The notes under the pieces were generated by a model. The model saw nothing but the letters and a program-made list of their open reading frames with translations. It was not told the DNA's origin and searched no databases. DNA of 64,000 nucleotides from Lama guanicoe (taxonomy: Eukaryota). The position numbers were made by a program, and so were the translations under genes. Positions 24,101 through 36,116 of this stretch are shown here, piece by piece. The stretch covers positions 1,552,001 to 1,616,000 of the forward strand of contig MU054338.1 of assembly GCA_013239625.1 (NCBI GenBank). The letters run 5' to 3'. The number at the start of each line of letters is the position of its first letter. The first letter of the stretch is position 1.

Positions 24101-25369
24101 TAAAACTGCCCAGCGAAAGAAGCCAGCAGCAAAAGGCTGCACAGGGTATGATTCCACTTACACAAAATGTCCAGAAGAGGCAAAACTACAGAACGGGGTC
24201 GCTCCAGCTCGGACATTTGGGCCCCAGCATTCTCTGTGGTCCTTCCTTGTGGACCCAAGCTGCTGCCTCTCCCTCGTGATGGTAGGAACCCCAGATATAA
24301 AAGACAGTTGGTAGAGCATGAGGGCGTTTAAAGCAAAAGACTAGTAAGTGAAATACAGGAGGCGGGGCCAGAGGGGAGAAAAGTGATTGAACTTTAAGGT
24401 TTGCGGTGGCATGGGGGTCACTTTTCCTCCCCTCCATCCCCCAGACTAAGCTGCAGCCCCCTCCCCATCAGAGCTCCCGCTCACCACCGCCCCGGGCCAC
24501 GGGCCGACCTCATCCCCACTGGCCTGAGGTTCAAGGCCCTTCAGGGCCAGGGCCGCCGCCCTCCGCGCTGGCCCCTCTTGGCACTCGGATGTCCTGTCCG
24601 CCTCCTGGGCTTTGCCTGTGATGTTCCCCCCGCCAGGCGTGCCGTCCCCTCTCCTGGCTTCGCGGGTCTAGGCCTCAGTCTTCCCCTCTGTGAAATGGAA
24701 TCTGGCCCCTACTCTGTCCGGATCTGCGCCCCAGACCCTCCATCACCACCGCGGGACCCCCGGGGACTGGACTCCAAGTCCCAGAAGGCCCTGCGCTTCC
24801 CGTGGGTGGGGCCCGGGGCTTCCCCTCCCCGCGCTCAGCTGGGGAGGCGTTGGCAGTCTTCAAATTTTGGCGCTGAGCGGGTGGGGCGGCTACAGCCGCG
24901 GCCGTCACCACCCCCCGCCCCCGCCCCCGGTGAGGCCTGGGCACCCGGCGGAGCTGGCCTGTCCACTCTGCGGGCTCTCCCGGCGCCACACGCGGCAGGG
25001 GCTGCGGCCCATTTCCAGAATGGGAAACTGAGGCACGGGACGACCAGGGGACCTGTCCCCGGACCCCCAGAAAGGGCGGGGCGGAGGCGGGATTCGAACG
25101 CGCTCGCGACGCTCTGACCCAAGGGCGCTAGAAAGTTAATGGCCAATTGCTGCCCGCTTTGCGGGGTAGAGGGCGCAGGCGGTGGGCGAGAAACCCCCGG
25201 GCCAGGGAAGGTCGGACTGGCCCTGCCCCCATCCATCCCTCCCCGTTCCCCATCTCCCCCCACAACATTTTGTGCTGCCGCCCCAGCTCCGCGCGGGAAT
25301 TTGGCGCCAGATTTTTAAAAATCTCAGCCGAACGGCTGCCGCTGGCTCCTAGCCCGGATCGCGAGCCTT

Positions 25370-25760
25370 GATTGTGAATTTCTGGAGCCTGGATTAAGGG
25401 GATGGCGGATTCCGGAGTCTGGATCTGCGGAGCCACGGATTCGTGAACCTAGGCTGGGGGGGGGGGAACTCATTCCAGATCCTGGGTCTAGGGGGCTATG
25501 GATTCCGGGTCTGGGTGGGGGGCACAAATTCCAGAGCCTGAATCTAGGGGACCCTGATTCGGGAGCCTTGAGAGGCTGGGATTTTGGAAACTGGATCTCC
25601 AGAGCTCTGATTCTAGAGCTGGGAGGGGAGTGGAGTCTGGAAAGCAGATTCCAGAGCCTGGAGGCTAACCCTGGAATCTAGAATCAGAACTCGGGAACCT
25701 GGGGCTGGACCCGTGAAATCCCAAATGAAATCTGGGGTCAGGTAGAGCCTGGGGCTGGAG
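25370..25760. repeat. Degenerate ~25-35 bp minisatellite-like array (core GATTCCRGAGYCTGGATCT)
   Basis: About 10 recurrences of GATTCC(G/A)GAG(T/C)CTG variants. Confidence 0.6.
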
Positions 25761-25779
25761 GGGCAGCTGTTTGTTACAT

Positions 25780-26130
25780 GGGTGCAGGGACTAATGGAAT
25801 CAATAAATATCGACTGAACATGTTCGTGTGCCAAGCATGGGGGCTGCATCAGTGACGAAAACAAAGATCCCTGCTCTTAGGAAGCTGACAAGGATGAAGT
25901 TGGGAGACAGGGAACAGGCAGCTAACAAAGGGCATGTTAGTGGATGCTAAGTGCGGGGAACAAAGTGGGACAAGGGGCTTGGGAGCACGGGAGGTAGGGA
26001 GTTGCATTTTTAAACAGAGTGGCCCTCTTGGAGCAGGTGGCATTTGAGAAGGAGGGGGTCAACCAGGTGAGCATGTGGGGAGAAGCCTTCCAGGGAGAGG
26101 GACCAGCCAGTGCAAAGTGCACATTTTAGG
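25780..26130 (-). mobile_element. L2 LINE fragment
   Basis: CAATAAATATCGACTGAAC..GTGCCAAGC..AAACAAAGATCCCTGCTCTTAGGAAGCTGACA. Confidence 0.65.
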
Positions 26131-27079
26131 ATGGTGGACATGGCAATGAATGAGAACTTCCAGTGGTGGAGACAGGTGTTAGGGAAGGAAACACAAGTAA
26201 CCTAACATCTGTGTATTAGTTATCTAGTACTGCATAACAAAACATAGAGGTTTAAAGCTGCTGGGGCAGGATTCACTTCCAAGTGCATTTGTACTGATAT
26301 TGGAAGGAGTCACATCCCTGCTGGCTGTTGTCTAGGGGCTGTCTCATTTCCTTGTCACATAGGAGAGGATTTGATTTGAGCTTTGAAATCCTCACTCTTT
26401 GTTGTAATAGGAAAACAAAAACTGAAAACAGCCCAAATATCCATTGATAAGAACAGACCAATAGCTTTGTGTAGACTGATGCAGTGGAATATTATACAGC
26501 ACTGAAAACGAACACACTTGAGGGCACCACCTACAGAATGACCTCCCAACCATAAGATCAGGCAAAGAAAGTGAAGTCCAGGAGAATATTTACAATATGC
26601 TTTTTTAAAAATAGAATTCAAACCCCAGGTGAACTAGTTGATATGTTACTTTGGGGTGCTACAAATGTGAGACAATTGAAAAGAAAAATGGAGATGTGGT
26701 TAACCCAGAAGTCAATGTAAGTGGCTGTGTTTTGGAAGCCAGGTGGTTGTGAATGTCTCTATTCTTCAAGATGGACATGTAAGTTATTGATGCTCTTTGA
26801 TATATTTCATGTTTCAAAAACGAAAAAGATAGCCTCCCGCAGGCTGCTGTGTAGAACCACATGGTCCCAACAGAAACAAAATATCCCACCACAAAAAAGA
26901 AATGATACTTATGTGACCTGATAGAGGTGTAAACCATTCACTATGGTCGAGATCCTACTGCAACATATAATTGTATCAAATCAACACCTTAGATTTACAC
27001 AATGGTATATGACAATTATATCTCAATTTTAAAAAGGAATATCCTCAAAAGAAAAAAACAGAATGCAAGCCATATATGT

Positions 27080-27155
27080 TATTATTTTTTATTTCGTCGG
27101 GGGGAGGTAATTAGGTTTTTTTTTTTTAATGGAGGTACTAGGGATTGAACCCAGG
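27080..27155 (-). mobile_element. 5'-truncated Vic-1-like SINE
   Basis: GGGGGAGGTAATTAGGTT..AATGGAGGTACTAGGGATTGAACCCAGG. Confidence 0.75.
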
Positions 27156-27467
27156 TTGTTTTAAGCCATCCAGTTGGTGCTATTTTGAAAAGTCTAATAC
27201 AATGTAATCATAAATTGAGCACTTTGCTAGTTCTGAGTCATTTTGGTGAATTCTGGAGCCCAAGAGGGGCCATGGGGACCCCGAATCTGAACCCAGCTGG
27301 TCTAAGTGGAGGTGGCCCCGGGACACCATCTCACCACGGGTGTTTGAAGTGAGAGCTGCCCTATTGGAACCGCGTCCTCTGCACACACTGGGCTAATCTC
27401 CGTGCATCCACAAAAATGTAAATTGTCCAATGGAAGAGTGATGATTGGCCTGTGTCATTTTGCTGTC

Positions 27468-27590
27468 GGTCCAGCTCAGCGGTAGAGCACGTGTTTGGCA
27501 TGCACGAGGTCCTGGGTTCAATCCCCAGGACCTCCATTAAATATGTAAATAAATAAACCTAATTACCTTCCCCTCCCCAAAATAAAAAAG
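27468..27590 (+). mobile_element. Vic-1-like tRNA-derived SINE
   Basis: AGCTCAGCGGTAGAGCAC..GGTCCTGGGTTCAATCCCCAG..AATAAACCTAATTACC. Confidence 0.85.
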
Positions 27591-29444
27591 AACATTTTGC
27601 ACCTCCTAAGCACGTTCATTTCCACCTCCCGATTGTCTAGAAGACGTCTCACCGGTCCTTCCGTTAGTTAACGAGTTACATGCAATCCTTGACACATGTT
27701 CATTAGATATTCACATGAGAATCATACTTCTTCCTTTAAAAAAAGTCATTTACCATAATGCTGAGCCCCTCAGAGCATTGTCAGGGGCACATTTAGTCTT
27801 TCAACCAGAACGTGTTTATTCGGCACCTCCTGCGTCCTGGGGACACCACTCGGAGCAAAACAGATGGAAACTCCAGCCTGCTGGAGCTGACTTTCGACTG
27901 AGGGGCACGGATGATGATTCCGATGATAAGAAAATACATAGTACATTGGAGGGTGTTGAGTGACAAGGAAATGGGGAGGTCGAGATGCGTGTGAAACGTC
28001 TCGCAGGTGGCCAGGGGACGCCCAGTGAGAGGGGGACAGGCGAGGCGGCTGGGGCTGGGGATGGCACTCCAGGAGAGGAACCCGGCCAGGGGGCCAGGGC
28101 GCAGGACCCCACCAGGCACACTTGGAGAACGGCGGGAAGGGGTTTCCGCTGGGGTTTGTGTTTAGAGGGACGTGGTGAGACGTGGTTTTGGAGGGGGCCC
28201 TCTGGGCTCTACAGGGAGAGCCAGGGACACGAGTGTGGAGGGAGAGGGTGGGTTCAAGTGGCTTTCAAGGTAACACCAGACTGGAAGATGTCCGGAGCAG
28301 TTTTGATGTCCAGCCCAGTCTAGGTGGCGTTTTTTTGCAATCTTTCCGATAATCTGATTTTCCCAGGGAAAGAGGGAATTTCAGAGATGCTAAATCACCA
28401 ACCCAAGGACACACAGCTTTTGAAGGATGGAGGTGGGGCCAAGCCCAGCGAGTCTGACCACAGAGCAGAGGCCCCCCCCACCCCCCCAAGCGCCTCCCGG
28501 GTACGTCACAGGCGCAGACGTCCTGGCCCGCTCCTGCCTCACTGTCCTCCTCAGTGTCCCCAGACGTGCCCTGGTGTCCCTGCCTCCTCACCTTTGCCCT
28601 TGACACCTCTACCACCTGGTGTGTCGCCCCCACCTCCACCCACCCATCCTGTCTTCCCAACAGTCTCAAAGTTCAGCTGATGACTCACCTCCACCTGGAA
28701 GCTTCTCCTTGGGGACAGGAATCATGTCTTGTTCATCTTTAAAACAAAAACAAAAACAAAAACACGATGTCAGAGACCAGGCGCCCCCACCCGACCCTGC
28801 CTCGATCTTTCCAATGACTTTCTGGTGCAACTCTAGTCAAATCTAAGCTCCTCCCACAGCCTCCAAGGCACACCTTTCTGATTTCCTCCCCACTACCCAA
28901 CCTGACTCTGCTCCAGCCACCTGGAACTCCACAGGGCTCCTTGTGTGTCCCAAGTGCGGCCCCACCTCAGGGCCTTTGCACCTGCTACGCCTGAAGCCCT
29001 CTCCCTTCCCAGCTTCCCAAGGCTGGCTTCTTCACGTCACTCAGGTCTCAGCTCAAATGTCACCTCCTCAGAAAGCCCACCCTGACCGCTCCACCTGGAG
29101 TAGTTATGTTACCAGAGCCCCCTCCCGCCCCCCCAGCACCAAATCAGCACCCAGCAGGCCTTCAGTCACTGCCTGATCATGTGATAAGACCCCCCCCCCT
29201 TAGAGGGGACTTACTATGCACAGAGCCCTCTCCTAAGTGTGGCCCAGAATGAATGCACTTCGCGAGCAGAACAGTCCTGGGCAAGGCTCTCACTTCCATT
29301 CTGCAGAGGGGGAAGCCGAGACGTGGGGGTGGGGTGGCCATGCCTGAGTTCACGCAGCTGGTCAGGAGGGAAGCTAGAACCCAAACCCAGGCAGACGGAA
29401 GGCTCCTTGGTCATCCCTACCCCAGCCCCTCACCCCTTCCTGTC

Positions 29445-29835
29445 GTAGTGAGCTCGGGCTGCCATAATGGAGCGTCACAGGCTGGAGGCTTAAACCACAG
29501 ACCACACTCCTCACTGTGCTGGAGGCTGGAGGCCAGGAGGTGGAGGCCAGGCTGGACGCTGGAGGCCAGGTGCCCCTGTGGTCGGTCCCTGGTGGGGGCC
29601 CACCCCCCGGCCTTCAGACGGCCACCGCCTCCTGTGTCCTCACCCAGTGGGGAGAGGGCTCTGGTCCCTTCCTCTCCTTACAGGGACATTTACCTCCCGT
29701 GGGGGCCCCATTCTCATGACCTCACCTTATCCTCATCCCTCCCCAGGGCCCAACTCCCACCGTCCCCTGGGCTTGGGGGGGGGAGGGTTAGGGCTTCAGC
29801 AGATGGGTTTGGGGAACACAAACATTTGGACCATA
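29445..29835 (-). mobile_element. MLT1 LTR fragment
   Basis: GGGCTGCCATAA..GGCTTAAACCACAGA..CTGGAGGCTGGAGGCCAGGAG..CTCATGACCTCACCTT..GGGTTAGGGCTTCAGCAGATG. Confidence 0.7.
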
Positions 29836-30189
29836 AAACGTCCTATAATGAAAGGAGAACTCTGGCTCCACACTCACCTCTCAAGTGTCCCCTCCAGCCC
29901 TGGGACTCCTGATCCTGCACTATTCCAGCTGCCACGCTGGGAGGGAACCCTGGGCCACACCTCCCAGGCGGACCAAGGCCTCAGCCACCTGGGGGCTTGG
30001 TTTCCCCTCTGTCCACTGGGAACCTCACCCTTGCCTCCTAGGTTTGCTTGGGCAGGAGTTAAAGGCAGGGTCCTGAGAAGCAGCAGCAGGACTCGGACGA
30101 GGCAAAAACTCAGTCACAATGAAAAATATTTTTTTAAATGCAAAAAAAAACAACCCATGCTAGATATGTTTTCCAAATTTCAAATCAAA

Positions 30190-30290
30190 GGGATGGGTAC
30201 AGCTCAGTGGTAGAGCGCAGGTGAGAGCATGCACGAGGTCCTGGGTTCAATCCCCAGCACCTCCACTGACAAAATAAAATAAAATAACAA
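30190..30290 (+). mobile_element. Vic-1-like SINE inserted in a MER96B-like element (~30060-30660)
   Basis: GGGTACAGCTCAGTGGTAGAGCGC..GGTTCAATCCCCAGCACCTCC followed by an (AAAAT)n tail. Confidence 0.8.
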
Positions 30291-31323
30291 TCTAAAAAAT
30301 GGAAATCAACAGAGGATCAGTCACACACTGAGAAGTCCTGTCAGCTGGGGCACCGATGTGGCTGGGACAGTGGGCCACTGACCTTGTCTTGATGGGAAGT
30401 GACAGTCTTCCGTTCACAGCTGATGTCTTGGTGAGCATTTTCATTGAAACGATCACATTACAAATATTCATCTCACTTGGGATTAGTGGCAACGGCTGCA
30501 CAAACTTGTGACTCTAGAGAAACCCTCTGAACTGAGCACTCGAAAAGTGTGGATTTTCTGATATGTGAATTCTATCTTGATTTTTAAAAAAACAAGAAGA
30601 AAAGATAATCTTGATGACTAGGTTTCTGTTGCCCCTTTAAGTGCTATGCCCCCCAATTCCCTTTACTCTGCACCCCGGTTCCGGCACTGCGAGCCAGGGT
30701 AGAGCAGTCTTCCCTCTGCATCAGTCTTAGCAGCCCCTCCCCGAGGGGCCTGGCCTCTGTCCAGGCTGCGTCCTCCCTGCCGCGGATGCCACTTCCTGTC
30801 TCCACCAAGAAATGCCGACTCAGCCTTCAAAACTCTCTTTGCTCTCCAGTCTGACCTCCCAGACCTGCACACCCCCAGCCCCCTCCCCCAGACTCCAAAC
30901 ATCCCGTCCTAACCCCTGGACCTTGGAATAGTTTGCAATAGCCTTGACAACTCTGAGTCTGTGCCCTTGGACTAATGGCACCGTCTCCCTGAGTCTCTGT
31001 TCCACCCTCTGCGAACGTGCAACAGTCACATGAGGGCAACTTCACCGGCACCTACGGAGAAACAGCTTACAGAAGGCTCAGCATGGAATACGTGCTCACT
31101 GAAAGTTTGCTCTTACTAGTATTTTCAATTCGATGCAAAGTTAATTTAAAAAGGCTTGCATTGATCAATTCTAGAGACAAAAGATCTCATTTCCAAGGGG
31201 GTTGTGAATTTTCCTGGCTGGGGAAGTTCCCAACTCATTCACACCTCCATGGGGGGGTGGGATGTGGGCAGTATATCCCCCCGCAACAGGGTCACCTCTC
31301 CTTGGAGCAGACAGGGACAGTCT

Positions 31324-31710
31324 CAGGGCTGCACTCGCCTTAGGAGCAAAATATAAGGGGGTGCCCCAAACTCAACCGTTGAGATAAGTATTTTAATGCA
31401 ATATTAAAAAAATCAAAATCAAGGCAAAAAAATACATGATGAAAAAAAGATCAAAACTGCAGATCAAGACAGGATCTGACCCTGCACCTGCACGACTCAT
31501 CTCCCTGTCTCCTGCCTCTCACCCTGTCAGATCCTGTCTGTATTTAAAAATCTTGATTTTTGTTCATCATGGGTGGGGATTTTTTGCATAAAATTTGTTT
31601 TTTTAATATTATTTTATAATACTGTTTATCTTGATGACTGAGTTTTGCGGCATTTCCTTAAATTTGTGCCTGAAGTGAGTGCCCCACTCTCCTCACCTTA
31701 TACCCTGCTC
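31324..31710. mobile_element. Palindromic MER96B-like hAT MITE
   Basis: The left arm GCAAAATATAAGGGGGTGCCCCAAACTCA..GATAA..CATGATGAAAA..ACAGGATCTGAC is mirrored by GTCAGATCCTGT..TTGTTCATCATG..TTATCTTGATGACTGAGTTTTG..CCTTAAATTTGTGC. Confidence 0.75.
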
Positions 31711-31769
31711 TTGGTTCCAATAAGATTTTGTTGACAAAAATCAGTGTCTGCAACAGTCAACCAGTGAAC

Positions 31770-32205
31770 AGTGAACAAAGCATGTGTCCATCAACGGATG
31801 AAGGGGTAAACTAAATGTGGTCCATCCATACAATGAAATGTTACTCAGCCTTAAAAGGAAGGAATTTATGACACACACGCCTGGATGAACAACATGGGTG
31901 AAATTTGAGGACATTATGTTCAGTAAAATAAGCCAGACACTAAAGGGTGAATCAGTATGATTCCTTTTGTAGGAGTTTCTTAGAGGGTCAAATTCATAGA
32001 GACGGAAAGCAGAATGGTGGGTGCCAGGGGCTGGGGGCAGTTCATGTTTAATTCCCAAGAGTTTACGTTGGGAATGATAGAAAAGTTTGGGATCTAGATA
32101 TTGGTGATTGGTATACAGCATTGCGAACGTATTTAATGCCACCAAACGGTACACTTACAAATGGTCAAACTGATAAATGTGCGTATTTTGCCATAATGAA
32201 AAAAC
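31770..32205 (+). mobile_element. L1MB-like 3' end (AT-rich, close to the ancestral form)
   Basis: TGTCCATCAACGGATGAA..TTACTCAGCCTTAAAAGGAAGGAA..GAGGACATTATG..GTACACTTACAAATGGT. Confidence 0.8.
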
Positions 32206-32407
32206 AGGTCTCCCTGTGCAGTAGCTTGATATTTTAAAATACTGCGTCTATAAAATTATTGAATGCATGTTGCATATAGAAGATACTGTGTATGTAAAAT
32301 ATTGTAACTGTCACCCCAGTCCGGGTCCTCCTTCCCCTCCTCCCCCCTCCCCCGCGCCGCCTCTGGTCTGTCCCTTCCGGCTCCGCGGGCGCAGGGACCT
32401 CTCGCAG

Positions 32408-32421
32408 CCACCAGGTGGCGC
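32408..32421 (+). promoter_or_regulatory. Strong CTCF consensus site in a CpG island upstream of GADD45B
   Basis: CCACCAGGTGGCGC; a second, weaker site GCGTCTAGGTGGCAGC lies at ~32884-32899 in the same orientation. Confidence 0.7.
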
Positions 32422-33349
32422 CACTGCACCTCGCAGCTCCCGGGACATTTCGCGCGCCCAAGGTGGGCGGCGCGGAGGCGGCGCGATGCGTCAGCCGGGC
32501 CGCCGTCCGGGGAGTTGGGGGAACCAAGCCAAAGGGCCGAGGCCAGACCCCAGGCTGGCGGGGGAGGGGGCGCAGCTGTGAGTCACCCGGGAGCCCCCGA
32601 TCGACCGTGGGAGACAGTCCCACGCAGGCCTGCCCGCCTGGCTCGTGAGCTGCTTTCCCGGGGAGATGGTGAGGCTGGCAGCAGTCCCGGCCATGCCTGG
32701 CGCACACGTGTGGCTCCAACACGAACTAACCCGGGGCTTGGCGAGGGTGGGCATTGGAGGTCTCACCAAGCCTGTTTCCCCTTTTGCTTCTGCTTCCCGG
32801 GTCCTTGAGGATTAAATGAACCTCGACACATTCAGCACCCACTCCAGAGGGAGGAAATAAAAGAGGCGACCATCGTTGCAAGCGCGTCTAGGTGGCAGCG
32901 CTCAGCGCACGCCGGAACAGTTTCCCTCTTGCTCTCTCCCGGGCCTCGACTTCCCCCCACCACCAGGTGCGGTGCGGAGTTGCGGTCAGACCGTGGGACG
33001 CGAGGCGCCGGCAGGGGGCGCGGAGCCTGCGCGGCCCAGCCACCTGCACCTCCCACGCGCGCCCCACCCTGAAACTCGCGGAGGGTGGGGAGGGGGCTCC
33101 GGATGGTGGCCCTAAGCTTTGCAGGCCCTGCTTCTGGGGACCTTGAGGCGGCCTCCTGCGACTACCAAGTTATCAAGTGCTTATTGTATACCCTTCATTT
33201 TAGTGCTTCCTGCAACCCAGTGAGGCTGGTGTGCATTGTCATAGGACAGGTGAGGACTCAGAGGCCGTCTTCGCAGCCCCCAGTTTGGGGGACCTGGAGG
33301 TGGCTTCCTGCGACCACCACTGCTTGTTAAGCGCTGTGTACCCTCTCTT

Positions 33350-33467
33350 ATTTTTCGGTGGAATTAGGTTTATTGCTTTCGTTCTCTAATAGAGGTGCTG
33401 GGGATTGAACCCAGGACCTCATGCATGCTAAGCACGCGCTGTACCACTGAGCTGTATACCCTACCCT
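33350..33467 (-). mobile_element. Vic-1-like SINE with approximate TSD CTGTGTACCC
   Basis: AATTAGGTTTATT..GGGGATTGAACCCAGGACCTCATGCATGCTAAGCACGCGCTGTACCACTGAGCT. Confidence 0.85.
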
Positions 33468-33689
33468 CTGTGTACCCCTCCTTTTATTCAGTACACCCTC
33501 CAACTCAACGAGGCCAGCGTTGCATTCCCATTAGACAGACACAAAGAGGCTCAGGAAGCTAAGTCACCTGAGGTCTGGGGTCCTCGCAGCCTGAGAAACC
33601 CGCGCCACTACCACCTAGGAAAGATCAGACTACAAACCGGGCTCTCTCCTCGTGCAAAACCCCAGCAGAACCTGGAAAAGCACAGGCCA

Positions 33690-33763
33690 GGGACTCTCCG
33701 GGGACCGGGAGGGGATTCCAGGCCCACCCGAAAGTCCGGACCGCCTCGCGCCTGGAAATCCCG
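33690..33763 (+). promoter_or_regulatory. Three NF-kB elements of the GADD45B promoter
   Basis: GGGACTCTCC (33690-33699), GGGGATTCCA (33711-33720) and GGAAATCCCG (33754-33763). This matches my recollection of the three kB sites in the mouse Gadd45b promoter. Confidence 0.8.
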
Positions 33764-33888
33764 CGCGCGCCCCGAAACGCGGCGCGGCTGCCGGGAAATC
33801 AGGAGAAAACTTCTGCTTTTTTTTTTTTTTTTTTTTACTGGCACCCCAGCTCCCCCTGCTCCACCCCCCGCGCCCTCCTCGGGGCTTT

Positions 33889-34065
33889 CGCCCCCACGTG
33901 GGGCGCCCCCTCGCGGCGCCCCGCCTCCTCCCCGCCGCCGACCAACCGCAGAGCTCGTTTCTCTCGTCTTTGTTTCCTACCCAATAGAAGAGGAGGACGG
34001 GCCACCGGGGCCACGCCCCTGTTTGTACAAGTCTATAAAAGGCGGCACCGGCAGCCGCGGGCTCA
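33889..34065 (+). promoter_or_regulatory. GADD45B core promoter (EGR site/E-box, CCAAT, TATA)
   Basis: CGCCCCCACGTG at 33889-33900, CCAAT at 33981-33985, TATAAAA at 34034-34040; predicted TSS ~34062-34068. Confidence 0.85.
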
Positions 34066-34296
34066 GATCGCTGAAGCCGAAGCCGTCAGCTTTTCTCTTC
34101 TGCTGCGTGGATTATTTTTGCTGAAGCATCTGCAATTTCTTTCCGCCTTTTTTGGGGGAGGACTTCGCTGCCTTCCGAAGATCTTGACCAACGCTCGGGC
34201 TCTGTGGGAAGGCTTTGGGCTCTCCGGCCTTGGATTTTGCATTTCTTCCTTGGAACTGTCGTGGGGCTGTTTTCCACTGTGGATTATAACTGCAAC

Positions 34297-35519
34297 ATGA
34301 CGCTGGAAGAGCTCGTGGCGTGCGACAACGCGGCGCAGAAGTAAGTAGCCTGAGGTCGGCCGGGCCGGGCGGGGGCCCAGCGCCTGGTGGCCGGCCCGGC
34401 GCTGACCCTCCTCCCCTCTCCCTTGGCTCCAGGATGCAGACGGTGAGCGCCGCGGTAGAGGAGCTGCTGGTGGCCGCGCAGCGCCAGGACCGCCTCACCG
34501 TGGGGGTGTACGAGTCGGCCAAGCTGATGAATGTGTGAGTCAGACCCCGTTCCCGCGCTGGGCGCGGGTGGGGACCCCCTCCACTCTGCACGCTCTGTGT
34601 TGCATCCCTCCTTTGCACGGGGCTGGGACATTGCCAGATGTCCCCACTGTGGGTTGATGGCCTTTTGCTTTCTCTTCTTGAGCAGAGGCCGCAGTATTCT
34701 GTTGCTGCATCGTTTGCACGCAGTCTCCTCCGTTTATGCCCCTGCCTTTCCCCCCCCCCCCCCACATACTTTGAACCCAGCATTTCCCCCCCCAGCCCCC
34801 ACCATCTGCACGCAGACGCGACCCCCTGCACACCTGCGGTTTCTCTTTGCTTTGCAAACTGCCTGGTGCACGATGGCCCTTCCCCAGTCCCGGCTGACCC
34901 TCTGCCTCCCTCTGGCCCCTCAGGGACCCTGACAGCGTGGTCCTGTGCCTCCTGGCCATTGACGAGGAGGAAGAAGATGACATCGCCCTGCAGATCCACT
35001 TCACGCTCATCCAGTCTTTCTGCTGTGACAACGACATCGACATCGTGCGGGTGTCGGGCATGCAGCGGCTGGCGCAGCTGCTGGGCGAGCCAGCTGAGAC
35101 CCAGGGCACCACCGAGGCCCGGGACCTGCACTGCCTCCTGGTCACGGTGAGCTGGGCCTCGGCTCCGCCCCGCCCCACCTGGCACCTGGGCCCATGTTTG
35201 TCAACAAAGTTGAGCTGGCGGTCTGCACCAGCTCAGTGCTCAGCCACGCTTGGCATGTCCCGTGGGCAGCCCGCTGGGCCTCGGGGCCTCGTCACCCAGT
35301 GTACTATTTTGAGCTGGCGTGTTTTCCCCAAAAGGGCCCTGGGAGAGGGAGGCTCCCTGCTCACTCCTGGCGCTCCTGCTGAACCCAATGTTCCTCCTTC
35401 CACAGAACCCTCACACAGATGCCTGGAAAAGCCACGGCCTGGTGGAGGTGGCCAGTTACTGTGAAGAGAGCCGGGAGAACAACCAGTGGGTCCCCTACAT
35501 CTCCCTCCAGGAGCGCTGA
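34297..35519 (+). CDS. GADD45B: Growth arrest and DNA damage-inducible protein GADD45 beta, 160 aa; coding exons 34297-34340, 34433-34534, 34924-35146, 35406-35519
   Basis: [160 protein letters not shown]; 483 nt, GT-AG introns. Confidence 0.98.
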
Positions 35520-36110
35520 GACCCTTCCCAGCCTCAGAACCTGTTGCTGCCAAAAGATAAAAATAAAATAAATATTTGACCCCCTCCACCCCAGAACAAC
35601 CCTCCAAAACAACCCAACCCAGGAGACCATCGGGGGCAGGATCGTTGGAGACTGAAGACAGGAGAGGGGAGTGCGCGGCCACCCTGGGGGCGGTGAGCCC
35701 GGAGCAGCGCCAGCGGCGGCCACCGTGCGAGGAGAAGAGGGGCCCCAGGCCAGCAGAAGAGGGGACCCTGGAGCTCGGGCCTGGTGACCGAGCAGAAGCT
35801 GGAGTGGGGGAGCTGCTGCCTCCCCGCAGTGGAGGGCCTGGACTCTGCATTTGGGGGTGGGGTGAGACTGACTGCATCCCCCCTCTTCTTGAGACCGCAG
35901 CTGACATCTGCCAACGCGCCTTGGTTGGCCGAGGGTCTGCACCCTGGCCAGGATTATACTTTGGGACTTGGGAGCAGGGGCTGATGTTGCTCTGTACCCA
36001 GGAACTCCCAGTTTGCAAACTAAACAATCTATTTTGTTACTTGCACTTGTTACTTGAACCACTGAAAGAGTAATGAGATACATATATTTTTACTTCTATG
36101 ATGGCCTTGT

Positions 36111-36116
36111 AATAAA
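36111..36116 (+). terminator. GADD45B distal poly(A) signal
   Basis: AATAAA followed by a GU/U-rich downstream element (TTCTGGGTTCTTTTGTATGTG). Confidence 0.8.

Noticed and set aside
25370..25760. CRISPR-like repeat-spacer pattern
   Set aside because: Mammalian DNA; the units are degenerate and irregular, and there are no cas genes.
27468..27535. tRNA-like sequences (also ~23510, 30197, 33400, 42782, 53920)
   Set aside because: SINE heads: no proper acceptor stem, and followed by SINE tails, several with TSDs.
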